Source of the DNA: Candidatus Marinacidobacterales bacterium
GTDB lineage: Bacteria > Acidobacteriota > Vicinamibacteria > Marinacidobacterales > SMYC01
NCBI GenBank assembly: GCA_965224085.1
Contig: CBDCYI010000004.1
Location: forward strand, 960,001-1,024,000
Length of the DNA stretch: 64,000 bases
Reading direction: 5' to 3'
Under the pieces are notes generated by a model. The model saw only the letters and a list, made by a program, of their open reading frames with translations, made no database searches and was not told where the DNA came from. Positions 1 to 9,116 of this stretch are shown here, in pieces. The translations under genes were made by a program, and so were the position numbers. Position 1 is the first letter of the stretch; each line of letters opens with the position of its first letter.

Positions 1-48
1 AACCAAAACCGTGCAGCCGAGCTCGTCTCGCTCAAGCTTCCTTAGTGC

Positions 49-1386
49 TCACCGTACGAGGTGGAAATTCTCCTGCCGCCTGAGGATCCACTCCATCTTC
101 CCGTCCGCATTCATCGCCGCGTCTTCTTCGAGCGCCATGCGCACCACCTGGTCGTCCCATTCCGGAACCGGCGTCTGCGCGTAGAGCTCGATCGAGTGCC
201 ACATGTTTTGGATGAGCTTCACGTCGCCTCGACCGGGCACGCCCTGCTGCCGATCCCATAGACCAATGAGAGGACCCGCGCCGTGTCCGTGGTCGCCGAT
301 CGGGTGGTTGTAAATCCGTCCTTCAATGCCTTCTTTGTGCATTTGCGCGAGCGATGCGGCAAGGACTTCGTTTCCCGAGAGCCCGGGCTTCATGTTCTCC
401 GTCACGATGTCCTGCAACCGGTTCGCGTTCGCGAGCGCTTTCATGAGGCCCGCGGGCACGGTCGTCTCACCTTCACGAAGCACGTAGCCCATGTGCTGGG
501 TATCGGTCGCGAGCCCGGTAGCGAAGATCCCGAAGTCGGTGTGGAGCACGTCACCGCGCTCGATGATGACATCACCTTCGAGGGTCTCGCCTTTGCGCTG
601 AGCGCTGACCGAAGGCTGGAACCATGAGTCCATTGCGCGATCGTGCACTTGCTGGCGCAGCCACCAGACCACGTCCTCGGTGGTTGTCTCCCCCGGAGTG
701 ATGACCTCGCTAGAGAACGCGGTCGCGATCAAACCGTGCACGATTTTCATCATGTTCTGGTAGTACGGCAGCATCGACGGCACTCGGATCGCCAGGTAGT
801 AGAGTGGGATGAGCTCGGCGTGCACGAATCGCGCTGTCCATTTGGGTCCTAGCGCTCGCTCGAGAAGCTCTCGCTCGCCCGAAGGCAGACCGTCGGAGAA
901 CGCGTGCGTCTGCGAGACGTTGATCGCGATCGTCTCGGGCGCGCGCTCCTCGACGACCTCGCGCAGCATCCGCCACTGAGCATCGAGATAAAGCTCTCGC
1001 TCGGGGTGCTCGCGCTCACGCACCGAAACATAGGCGCCGCCTTGCGTCCCGCCCCCGAGGGCGAGCTTCTCGAGCCCTTCCTCGGGACCGCGATCATAGA
1101 AAACGAAAATCGAACGGCGCCTCGCTGCGAAGCGCGTCGGTGTAACGAGCGCGCGGAAGACGGGATCTTCGTTGTACTCGCTCATTTGCACAATCCACAT
1201 GTCGACGTTGTTCTCGCGCATGAGCCCCGGCAGCACGTTGTCGAGTCGCTCTTCGAGCCAACCTTGCCGGATCTGCGCCTGCTCGCGCAGGGGAGGTAAG
1301 CTCGGTATCTCCTGACTCAGGGCGGGCAACGCGAGCGAACAAATAAATGCCGCCATCCACCAGCGCGAACCGTGTCGAGATTGCAT
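49..1386 (-). CDS. M24 family (Xaa-Pro) metallopeptidase, secreted
   Basis: 445-aa ORF with a signal peptide and M24-type metal ligands (HTDFG..ATDTQ, HPIGDHGHGAG, SIELY, ALEED). Confidence 0.85.
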   Translation of the reverse strand: MQSRHGSRWWMAAFICSLALPALSQEIPSLPPLREQAQIRQGWLEERLDNVLPGLMRENNVDMWIVQMSEYNEDPVFRALVTPTRFAARRRSIFVFYDRGPEEGLEKLALGGGTQGGAYVSVREREHPERELYLDAQWRMLREVVEERAPETIAINVSQTHAFSDGLPSGERELLERALGPKWTARFVHAELIPLYYLAIRVPSMLPYYQNMMKIVHGLIATAFSSEVITPGETTTEDVVWWLRQQVHDRAMDSWFQPSVSAQRKGETLEGDVIIERGDVLHTDFGIFATGLATDTQHMGYVLREGETTVPAGLMKALANANRLQDIVTENMKPGLSGNEVLAASLAQMHKEGIEGRIYNHPIGDHGHGAGPLIGLWDRQQGVPGRGDVKLIQNMWHSIELYAQTPVPEWDDQVVRMALEEDAAMNADGKMEWILRRQENFHLVR

Positions 1387-1455
1387 CGATCGTCCTCCTA
1401 GACTTTGCGACGGGGATCCTAGCAGAAGGAACTATTTTCTTCTCAATGGTTTTCT

Positions 1456-1677
1456 GTGGGCGTCCTCGACGTCGGTTATTGGGGTGAGCGTCAATATCAA
1501 TGGGGACCCGCGAGCTCGCCCATAATCGGCGATGGACTCGTTTTCGTCCAGAACGACCGGCAGGAGGACTCGTTTCTGGCCGCCTACGATCTCGCCACCG
1601 GTGAAGAGCGGTGGCGAGCCGAACGCGATGAGAAGCCGGCCTGGAGCACGCCGGCTTTGTACCGCATAGTGTGGTGA
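1456..1677 (+). pseudogene. internal fragment of a PQQ-like beta-propeller protein
   Basis: WGPASSPII...FLAAYDLATGEERW...WSTP motifs; no plausible N- or C-terminus. Confidence 0.7.
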
Positions 1678-1741
1678 GCCCGGAAGAGCATCGGATAACA
1701 CCGTGAACCTCGCATCGAGCGAGCGCCCCCCGAAGGCGGGC

Positions 1742-1930
1742 TCAGCGCGACTCGCCGCGAATAGCGTCCAGAGGACGGATCTTCGTCGCCCGCCGGGCCG
1801 GCACGTAGCTTGCGAGCAGTGTGACGCCGACAAGTAGCGCGGGGATGCCGATGAAGGTCACCGGGTCCGTATGAGTAACCTCATCAAGAGGCTCGTCGCC
1901 AAGCGCGCCAACGCGAAGGCCACTGCCAGT
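1742..1930 (-). pseudogene. C-terminal remnant of an ADOP-type ABC transporter permease
   Basis: Manual minus-strand translation: ...EVTHTDPVTFIGIPALLVGVTLLASYVPARRATKIRPLDAIRGESR*, the typical ADOP/MacB-like C-terminus; 5' part absent. Confidence 0.75.
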
Positions 1931-1966
1931 TTCACGAAGACGGTATTCTATCCGGCCGCCCGGAGG

Positions 1967-2422
1967 CTCAAGCAGCCTTCTTTGAAGGAATCAGGCCGCC
2001 CAGCGCAAAGCCGATGAGCCCAGCAACACCCCCGATAATCGAATTCGCGATGATGCCGAACGCTCGCGCGCCGAACGCTTCGCCGAGCAACACTTCCCGG
2101 CTTCACCGACGATCGCCATTGGGTCGTTGAAATGCGTCGAGGCACCGAGCAAATAGGAAAGCATCGTGGCGCTGAAAATAAGAAGTTGAGCCACGATAGC
2201 GATGGAGGCGCCCGTCATGAACGCGGAGCCGGCGCCCTCGCCCCGGAACGCACGCGTCATGGCGCCCCATAAGAGCGCAAGGTGTACTGTCATCGGGACC
2301 ATAGCGAAAAGGCGATTGCCCAAATCGTACGAGCCACCGAGAGCTCCCACAACGAGCTTGCCGATGAAGAACAACACGAGAAGAATAATCGCCAAGCGAA
2401 TGAACTCAATCCTGTCTTTCAC
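1967..2422 (-). CDS. hypothetical multi-pass membrane protein, probable 1-bp frameshift near 2100
   Basis: Hydrophobic ORF 1991-2422. A different frame continues as a further TM helix (EVLLGEAFGARAFGIIANSIIGGVAGLIGFALGGLIPSKKAA*). Confidence 0.55.
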
Positions 2423-2583
2423 AACGCACCTCCAATCCGGTAGATACTACACCTTCACGTCGCCGCTGTCCTCGCGTCCATTCGAAGAGGATCAAATATC
2501 ACTTTGAGCGACTCTGCCCGGACACAGCTCGCCTTATCGACGATTCACCGAAACGTGAGACTTTCGCGCTCGTCGACTGGGCG

Positions 2584-2617
2584 TTGACAGACCGCTATGT
2601 ACTAACATTGTAAGTAC
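2584..2617 (+). promoter_or_regulatory. TA promoter (-35 TTGACA) with palindromic operator
   Basis: TTGACA at 2584-2589; imperfect palindrome GTACTAACA-T-TGTAAGTAC at 2599-2617 just upstream of the antitoxin ATG. Confidence 0.55.
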
Positions 2618-2627
2618 GAGAGAGACC

Positions 2628-2855
2628 ATGACGATTAAGAAACTGACCAAGTTGGGGAACAGCCAGGCATTGGTTATCGACAAGCAAACGATGGCCCAGA
2701 TGGGATTGTCGGAGGCGAGTGAGGTCTCCATGACGTTGCACGGACGCCAACTCGTCATCACACCCGTCAACCCCAGAATTCGAGATGAAGAACTTCGCGA
2801 GTCGATGGAGCGAGTGCTCGACAAGTATGACGACTTGTTCCGGAGATTGGCTTGA
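2628..2855 (+). CDS. AbrB/MazE-type antitoxin
   Basis: KLTKLGNSQALVID swapped-hairpin motif; overlaps the toxin start by 4 nt. Confidence 0.85.
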   Translation: MTIKKLTKLGNSQALVIDKQTMAQMGLSEASEVSMTLHGRQLVITPVNPRIRDEELRESMERVLDKYDDLFRRLA

Positions 2856-3250
2856 GCAAGGAAGCTCGCTTCCTATCGATCGAACAGGTTCTGAAGATTC
2901 ATCGAAGGATGATCGAGCGATACGGAGGCGAGTCAACCGTTAGAGATGTGGGTCTCATCGATTCGGCCGTGATGATGCCGCAGCAGACATTCGATGGCGA
3001 ATATCTACACGCGTCTCTTGCCTCCATGGCCGCCGCCTACCTGTTTCATTTGTGCTCCAATCATGGATTTGCCGATGGCAACAAACGTACGGCCATCGGT
3101 GGGGCTCTGGTGTTTCTCGACGCAAACCATCTTGAGCTTTGTTTAACGATCGACGAACTCAAGCAAATCACGCTGGACTTTGCCCGAAGCGCACTCGACA
3201 AAGAGCACTTGATCAGCTTGTTCGAAGCCTCCATCCGCGCCGTTACATAG
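2852..3250 (+). CDS. doc: Doc (death-on-curing) Fic-family toxin
   Basis: Doc motif HGFADGNKRTA; N-terminal FLSIEQVLKIH...VRDVGLIDSA. Confidence 0.88.
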   Translation: MSKEARFLSIEQVLKIHRRMIERYGGESTVRDVGLIDSAVMMPQQTFDGEYLHASLASMAAAYLFHLCSNHGFADGNKRTAIGGALVFLDANHLELCLTIDELKQITLDFARSALDKEHLISLFEASIRAVT

Positions 3251-3500
3251 ACCACTCAACACCCCCGATCTCCTGCCCTGACTTGGCTGTCAACGATGCC
3301 ATTGCTTCTCGCCTTCCCGCTAACTAGTTCCTGTCCAGAAACACCATAACTTGTGGTGTACGAGAGGCCTATCGAAGATGTGGGTATTATACGTTTTCAG
3401 TCGGCACCTCGTAGGCTCGGAAGCGAATGAAAATCTTGGACGAAACGAGAGGCGAATCGTCAGCAATCCATGGCTATAAACGCAGTAAGAGTAATCATTA

Positions 3501-4865
3501 TTATCGTAATAGGTGCCTTGCCATTACCAACAGGTTGCAGGTGATGATGGAACTCCATACGTAGGATTTGAAAGAAGGCAATGAGCGCCATGTGCATCGG
3601 TCGAGACCAAAGACTCGTTTCAAGAACGAAATGACGCCTTCGATTCCGCAGCGAAATCGCCGTAGGCGTTGATAGACCCAGGAACTCTTGACCATATCGG
3701 TCACCGCGAAGTGAGCCTTGGTAAAGGCAACATCTTCAACTCCCTTGCCTTTGATGGCTTCCAAGTTTGCCTTTGAAGAAAACGCGCCATCGTAGGCAAC
3801 CTGGCGCGGGGCCCGTTCGTAGAGTTCGACTTGACGGTCGATCATGGTTTCCGCGAGAGTTGAATCGGACGGATTCCCATCCAAGATCACGCAATCCAAA
3901 ATCATCGAGGACGAGCCACCAGTCAAACACACCTTGTGACCGTAGAGAGTCTCGCGCCGGTCTTTGCGAATAATGTCGGTGTGTTCTTCGAAGATCGAAA
4001 CGACCTTTTCCTCCGCAGGCACACGCTCTTCATCAATCACTCTACGCCGAGTTTGGTTGATGACTTTTTCGGTGAGGACGAGAAAGTGCTTAAAATCCGC
4101 GGCGATCTTCTCCGCACTCGCTCGCTTCACCGGCTCGGTCAAGCCGGACTCGTCCAACTGGTCTGCAACGCGTTGAGCGGAGCGATAGGTTTCTTCCGAC
4201 ACCTTCAGTAGATCTCGATAGACGCGACGCCTTTGTTCCTTATCCTTCGCGTTTAGAACTCCCAGTCGACGTCTCTTCGCTCGACGCGTTCGATTGCCGA
4301 AGACCACTACTGTACCCAGCAGTTCGCGAGTTCGGCACATGAGGCGAGTGAGAACTCGGACGCAGTCATAAAGAAGCTCGGAGTCCGTAGGAGAATGAAT
4401 ATTCGACTCCACTACCGTGCAGTCCACTCGTACTTTTCTTCCTTTTTCGATCGCGGTCTTCTCGGCAACACTCACCAACTCTCGGTTGATTTTCTCCAGC
4501 GTTTCGAACTTCACGGCTTTGATGTTTGCTGCTAGGGTCGACTTCGACGGGCTCGGCTCTATGATGCCGAGCTGGCAAAACGTCCGATAGCTTCGAGAGT
4601 CTGCCAAGTGAAACGCCAGCTCCCGATAGGTGAACTGATTCAGCTGCTTGACCAACAACGCCCGGAGAACCTGCTCCGCGCTCATTCCCCCACGACCAAC
4701 ATCGCTCCCTGCCGATGGGGTGACCGACCTCAGGTCTTGCAGTACCAGCTCATTCAGCTTAGGATGGGCATCGAGCAGCGATGATATCGTTTCGAGCTCG
4801 CGTGCGTGCTCCAGCTCCAGCCAGGGCTCGCGAAGGCTTGGTTGTGGGTTGATCGTTTTTCGCAT
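3501..4865 (-). CDS. DDE transposase (copy 1)
   Basis: 454 aa; RVDCTVVESNI (D), VAYDGAF (D), RCGIEGVIS (E) motifs. Confidence 0.92.
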   Translation of the reverse strand: MRKTINPQPSLREPWLELEHARELETISSLLDAHPKLNELVLQDLRSVTPSAGSDVGRGGMSAEQVLRALLVKQLNQFTYRELAFHLADSRSYRTFCQLGIIEPSPSKSTLAANIKAVKFETLEKINRELVSVAEKTAIEKGRKVRVDCTVVESNIHSPTDSELLYDCVRVLTRLMCRTRELLGTVVVFGNRTRRAKRRRLGVLNAKDKEQRRRVYRDLLKVSEETYRSAQRVADQLDESGLTEPVKRASAEKIAADFKHFLVLTEKVINQTRRRVIDEERVPAEEKVVSIFEEHTDIIRKDRRETLYGHKVCLTGGSSSMILDCVILDGNPSDSTLAETMIDRQVELYERAPRQVAYDGAFSSKANLEAIKGKGVEDVAFTKAHFAVTDMVKSSWVYQRLRRFRCGIEGVISFLKRVFGLDRCTWRSLPSFKSYVWSSIITCNLLVMARHLLR

Positions 4866-4965
4866 TTAGGGCTGGTCTCCTTTGGAGTTAAGTCGTTTAG
4901 AATCTGCGTTTTTGTCGACTCGATACTAAACGACACTCCCTCAGACGATTAGCCCTAAATTTGCG
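4861..4965 (-). promoter_or_regulatory. long hairpin sequestering the transposase SD and ATG (also 6551-6655)
   Basis: Complementary arms ATTTAGGGCT/AGCCCTAAAT, GGAGT/ACTCC and GTCGTTTAG/CTAAACGAC enclose the AAGGAG SD and reach the start codon. Confidence 0.7.
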
Positions 4966-5016
4966 ATTACCCCTTTTTTCTCAACCTCTTACACCTGTCA
5001 GGACGGGTACTAACTA

Positions 5017-6700
5017 GTTCCTGTCCAGAAACACCATAACTTGTGGTGTACGAGAGGCCTATCGAAGATGTGGGTATTATACGTTTTCAGTCGGCACCTC
5101 GTAGGCTCGGAAGCGAATGAAAATCTTGGACGAAACGAGAGGCGAATCGTCAGCAATCCATGGCTATAAACGCAGTAAGAGTAATCATTATTATCGTAAT
5201 AGGTGCCTTGCCATTACCAACAGGTTGCAGGTGATGATGGAACTCCATACGTAGGATTTGAAAGAAGGCAATGAGCGCCATGTGCATCGGTCGAGACCAA
5301 AGACTCGTTTCAAGAACGAAATGACGCCTTCGATTCCGCAGCGAAATCGCCGTAGGCGTTGATAGACCCAGGAACTCTTGACCATATCGGTCACCGCGAA
5401 GTGAGCCTTGGTAAAGGCAACATCTTCAACTCCCTTGCCTTTGATGGCTTCCAAGTTTGCCTTTGAAGAAAACGCGCCATCGTAGGCAACCTGGCGCGGG
5501 GCCCGTTCGTAGAGTTCGACTTGACGGTCGATCATGGTTTCCGCGAGAGTTGAATCGGACGGATTCCCATCCAAGATCACGCAATCCAAAATCATCGAGG
5601 ACGAGCCACCAGTCAAACACACCTTGTGACCGTAGAGAGTCTCGCGCCGGTCTTTGCGAATAATGTCGGTGTGTTCTTCGAAGATCGAAACGACCTTTTC
5701 CTCCGCAGGCACACGCTCTTCATCAATCACTCTACGCCGAGTTTGGTTGATGACTTTTTCGGTGAGGACGAGAAAGTGCTTAAAATCCGCGGCGATCTTC
5801 TCCGCACTCGCTCGCTTCACCGGCTCGGTCAAGCCGGACTCGTCCAACTGGTCTGCAACGCGTTGAGCGGAGCGATAGGTTTCTTCCGACACCTTCAGTA
5901 GATCTCGATAGACGCGACGCCTTTGTTCCTTATCCTTCGCGTTTAGAACTCCCAGTCGACGTCTCTTCGCTCGACGCGTTCGATTGCCGAAGACCACTAC
6001 TGTACCCAGCAGTTCGCGAGTTCGGCACATGAGGCGAGTGAGAACTCGGACGCAGTCATAAAGAAGCTCGGAGTCCGTAGGAGAATGAATATTCGACTCC
6101 ACTACCGTGCAGTCCACTCGTACTTTTCTTCCTTTTTCGATCGCGGTCTTCTCGGCAACACTCACCAACTCTCGGTTGATTTTCTCCAGCGTTTCGAACT
6201 TCACGGCTTTGATGTTTGCTGCTAGGGTCGACTTCGACGGGCTCGGCTCTATGATGCCGAGCTGGCAAAACGTCCGATAGCTTCGAGAGTCTGCCAAGTG
6301 AAACGCCAGCTCCCGATAGGTGAACTGATTCAGCTGCTTGACCAACAACGCCCGGAGAACCTGCTCCGCGCTCATTCCCCCACGACCAACATCGCTCCCT
6401 GCCGATGGGGTGACCGACCTCAGGTCTTGCAGTACCAGCTCATTCAGCTTAGGATGGGCATCGAGCAGCGATGATATCGTTTCGAGCTCGCGTGCGTGCT
6501 CCAGCTCCAGCCAGGGCTCGCGAAGGCTTGGTTGTGGGTTGATCGTTTTTCGCATTTAGGGCTGGTCTCCTTTGGAGTTAAGTCGTTTAGAATCTGCGTT
6601 TTTGTCGACTCGATACTAAACGACACTCCCTCAGAAGGCTAGCCCTAAATTTGCGATTACCCCTTTTTTCTCAACCTCTTACACCTGTCAGGACGGGTAC
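5017..6700 (-). mobile_element. insertion sequence copy 2, direct tandem with copy 1
   Basis: Block-by-block identical to copy 1 at a 1690-bp offset except 6636-6639; followed by a third TAACTA at 6701-6706. Confidence 0.9.
5191..6555 (-). CDS. DDE transposase (copy 2)
   Basis: Same 454-aa protein as 3501-4865. Confidence 0.92.
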   Translation of the reverse strand: MRKTINPQPSLREPWLELEHARELETISSLLDAHPKLNELVLQDLRSVTPSAGSDVGRGGMSAEQVLRALLVKQLNQFTYRELAFHLADSRSYRTFCQLGIIEPSPSKSTLAANIKAVKFETLEKINRELVSVAEKTAIEKGRKVRVDCTVVESNIHSPTDSELLYDCVRVLTRLMCRTRELLGTVVVFGNRTRRAKRRRLGVLNAKDKEQRRRVYRDLLKVSEETYRSAQRVADQLDESGLTEPVKRASAEKIAADFKHFLVLTEKVINQTRRRVIDEERVPAEEKVVSIFEEHTDIIRKDRRETLYGHKVCLTGGSSSMILDCVILDGNPSDSTLAETMIDRQVELYERAPRQVAYDGAFSSKANLEAIKGKGVEDVAFTKAHFAVTDMVKSSWVYQRLRRFRCGIEGVISFLKRVFGLDRCTWRSLPSFKSYVWSSIITCNLLVMARHLLR

Positions 6701-6769
6701 TAACTAGAATTGGCTCACTTCCACAAGGGAATAACAGATCGGAACGCAATGCAAAACTCAAGAACGTCA

Positions 6770-6990
6770 ACGCGAACGACGCGAAAGGCTCCTCGGACAT
6801 GAGCAGGCTCGGACGAGCGGGAATGCCGGCTCTCAACTTCATGCAGAACTCGAACGACTATATGAAATATCACCACACGCCCAACGACACGTTCGACAAG
6901 ATTATTCCAGAAGACTTGCGCTATCTGACCGCCGCGTACACGACCATGTTCTACATGGCCGCCGAAATGGAAATCGACTTCAGGAAGTGA
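6770..6990 (+). pseudogene. C-terminal fragment of an M28 family peptidase
   Basis: GSSD..AGMPA....YHHTPNDTFDKI motif; the N-terminal bulk is missing, next to the IS. Confidence 0.7.
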
Positions 6991-7018
6991 TGATGCCAGT
7001 ATCCGAAGGACAAAGCTG

Positions 7019-7942
7019 ATGGAAATGCGGCCGATCGGTTCGCTGGAAGTCTCCATTGTTGGTCTCGGCTGCAACAACTTCGGCCGCCGCCTCGACGAGC
7101 CGGGCACGAGCCGTGTCATCCACGCTGCGCTCGATGCGGGCATTAATTTCTTCGATACCGCGGATTCCTATGGCGGCACCGACAGTGAAGTATTCGTTGG
7201 CCGCTGTTTAGGCACGATGCGTCGCGAAGTCCTGGTGGCGACGAAATTCGGTTGGGAGCTCGACGACGAGCGCAAAGGCGCTCACCCCGATTACGTGCGA
7301 CGAGCCGTCGAAGACAGCCTGCGGCGCCTGAATACCGACTATATCGACCTCTATCAGCTTCACAAGCCGGATTCGAGCGTGCCTATCGAAGACACGCTCG
7401 GCGCGCTCGACGAGCTCATCACGGCGGGTAAGGTCCGTGAGATCGGGTGCTCGAATTTTTCTTCGAGCGAGCTGGATGCTGCCGACAAAGCCGCGGAGGG
7501 TCATGCCCGATTCGTGAGCGTACAAAACGAGTACAACCTGCTGCACCGTGAGCCGGAGAAATCTGTATTGCAGGCGTGTGAGCAGCTCGGGCTAGCTTTC
7601 GTGCCCTACTTTCCGCTCGCGAGTGGGCTTCTCACAGGCAAGTACCGCCTGGGTCAACCCGCCCCGGAAGGACGACTGACGACGATCGCGAGGCTTTCGG
7701 ACAAGCTTAACGACGACGCTCTCGCCGTGGTGGAGTCGCTCATCGGGTTCGCGGAGCGGCACGGGCACTCGATTCTCGATCTCGCCTTCGCGTGGCTTCT
7801 CGCGAAACCTTGCGTCACTTCAGTGATCGCGGGTGCTATGTCGGCGGAGCAGCTGCGCCAGAACGTACGCGCGGCATCGTGGCCAATGACGGAAGAGCTT
7901 CTCGTCGACGTCGACCAGCTCGTACCGTCCGCTGCGGGCTGA
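7019..7942 (+). CDS. aldo/keto reductase
   Basis: GLGCNNFG, FFDTADSYG, VATKFG, DYIDLYQLH, PLASGLLTGKY. Confidence 0.93.
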   Translation: MEMRPIGSLEVSIVGLGCNNFGRRLDEPGTSRVIHAALDAGINFFDTADSYGGTDSEVFVGRCLGTMRREVLVATKFGWELDDERKGAHPDYVRRAVEDSLRRLNTDYIDLYQLHKPDSSVPIEDTLGALDELITAGKVREIGCSNFSSSELDAADKAAEGHARFVSVQNEYNLLHREPEKSVLQACEQLGLAFVPYFPLASGLLTGKYRLGQPAPEGRLTTIARLSDKLNDDALAVVESLIGFAERHGHSILDLAFAWLLAKPCVTSVIAGAMSAEQLRQNVRAASWPMTEELLVDVDQLVPSAAG

Positions 7943-7969
7943 GTAACCAGAAGCAAGGCGAAAAAGTAG

Positions 7970-7999
7970 TTGCGGTCACACCTGTGTTATCAGTATACT
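7970..7999 (+). promoter_or_regulatory. sigma-70 promoter, probably leaderless TA transcript
   Basis: TTGCGG-N18-TATACT ending 7 nt before ATG 8007; CACA-CC-TGTG palindrome in the spacer. Confidence 0.55.
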
Positions 8000-8006
8000 A
8001 ATACGT

Positions 8007-8255
8007 ATGAGTAAAAGACTTCAGGTGGTCGTACAAGACGAAGAGCTAGAGCAACTTCGCGACGCCGCCGCAAAAGAGGGGCTCACGTTGAGCGAGTGGG
8101 CCCGACGAGTCCTCCATCGAGCCAGAGAGACCCAAGGCGGTCCCACGCGTGATCGAAAGCTGGCGGCGCTCGACCGAGCGTTGGCGTGCGGCCACCCAAC
8201 CGCGGACGTCGAAGACATGCTAACGGAGATCGAGCTGGGTCGTGATCTTCGTTGA
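8007..8255 (+). CDS. ribbon-helix-helix (CopG/VapB-like) antitoxin
   Basis: MSKRLQVVV..EELEQLRDAA..EGLTLSEW; overlaps a PIN gene. Confidence 0.8.
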   Translation: MSKRLQVVVQDEELEQLRDAAAKEGLTLSEWARRVLHRARETQGGPTRDRKLAALDRALACGHPTADVEDMLTEIELGRDLR

Positions 8256-8631
8256 CTCGAACGTTCCGATGTATCTCGTCGGCCGCTCACATCCTAATAG
8301 AGATTCGGTCGAAGCTTTCCTGCGGTCGCACGTCGACGAGACGTACGTCACGAGCGCCGAAGTCTTCCAGGAAGTCATCCATCGATTCGTCGCCATCGAT
8401 CGAAGGGCCGCTATCGACGATTGCTTTGCGCTACTCGACGAGCTTGTTTCGCAGGTCTTTACCGTAACAAGATCGGACGTGGATCGAGCCAGACAGATTT
8501 CTCATCAGCAGCACCGCCTGTCCGGGCGAGATTGCCTGCACGTTGCCGTGATGGCCCGTCACGACGTCGAACGCATCTTGACCTATGATGAAGACTTCGA
8601 TTATTGGGCCAGCGTTACTCGATTGCCGTAG
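8242..8631 (+). CDS. vapC: VapC PIN-domain toxin
   Basis: IFVDSN, EVFQE, RDCLH, TYDEDF PIN acidic residues. Confidence 0.88.
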   Translation: MIFVDSNVPMYLVGRSHPNRDSVEAFLRSHVDETYVTSAEVFQEVIHRFVAIDRRAAIDDCFALLDELVSQVFTVTRSDVDRARQISHQQHRLSGRDCLHVAVMARHDVERILTYDEDFDYWASVTRLP

Positions 8632-8717
8632 CGCTAGTTCGACCGACGCAACTCACACCGGCCCCCGGGCACTCCCGGCTGTGCTAAGTTTACCGCGCCA
8701 AAAAATGGAGAGATTCG

Positions 8718-9060
8718 ATGTCCTATGAAGTCATTCCGTCGGATATCGATACCTTCTCGCAGGATGGCGTCGTATTCCTGCGAGGCGTATTCGACAAAGA
8801 ATGGTAGGACCGGATTGCCGCTGCGATCGAAGATGATATTCAACAACCCGGCCCGTTCTTCCACGGCTATGAATCAGAGGGTGAGGGAAGCTTCCACGGC
8901 AACCTCAGGATTTGGGAAACCCATCCGACGTTTCGGGACGTGTGCCTGAACTCATGTCTGCCGGCAATAGCCCAGTCTTTTTTTGGTTCACGCAAGATAA
9001 ATTTGCTGTACGACCAGTTGTTCGTCAAAGAGTCCGCAATGACGCAACGCACAGTATCCT
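8718..9060 (+). pseudogene. phytanoyl-CoA dioxygenase (PhyH) family N-terminal remnant
   Basis: Manual translation MSYEVIPSDIDTFSQDGVVFLRGVFDKEW*DRIAAAIE...LRIWETHPTF...LLYDQLFVKE; in-frame TAG, a frameshift, then truncation. Confidence 0.7.
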
Positions 9061-9116
9061 TCAAGGCGGCTCCGACTTGAGACGCCGAGACGGCGGCGCG
9101 GCAGCGTATTAGAGAG

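Larger units (their letters stand above)
3327..5010 (-). mobile_element. insertion sequence copy 1, 1684 bp (ISNCY ISDol1-like / IS5-like DDE)
   Basis: Imperfect terminal IRs GTTCCTGTCCAGAAA vs revcomp GTACCCGTCCTGACA; TAACTA at 3321-3326 and 5011-5016. Family assignment inferred from size and protein appearance. Confidence 0.9.

Noticed and set aside
4990-5040. Hybrid junction promoter at the IS-IS junction
   Set aside because: No convincing -10 at 16-18 bp from the candidate -35 TGGACA on the transposase strand.
3321-6706. Tandem IS as a pure assembly artefact
   Set aside because: The copies differ at a clustered site and the junction carries a proper target copy. It cannot be fully excluded without reads.
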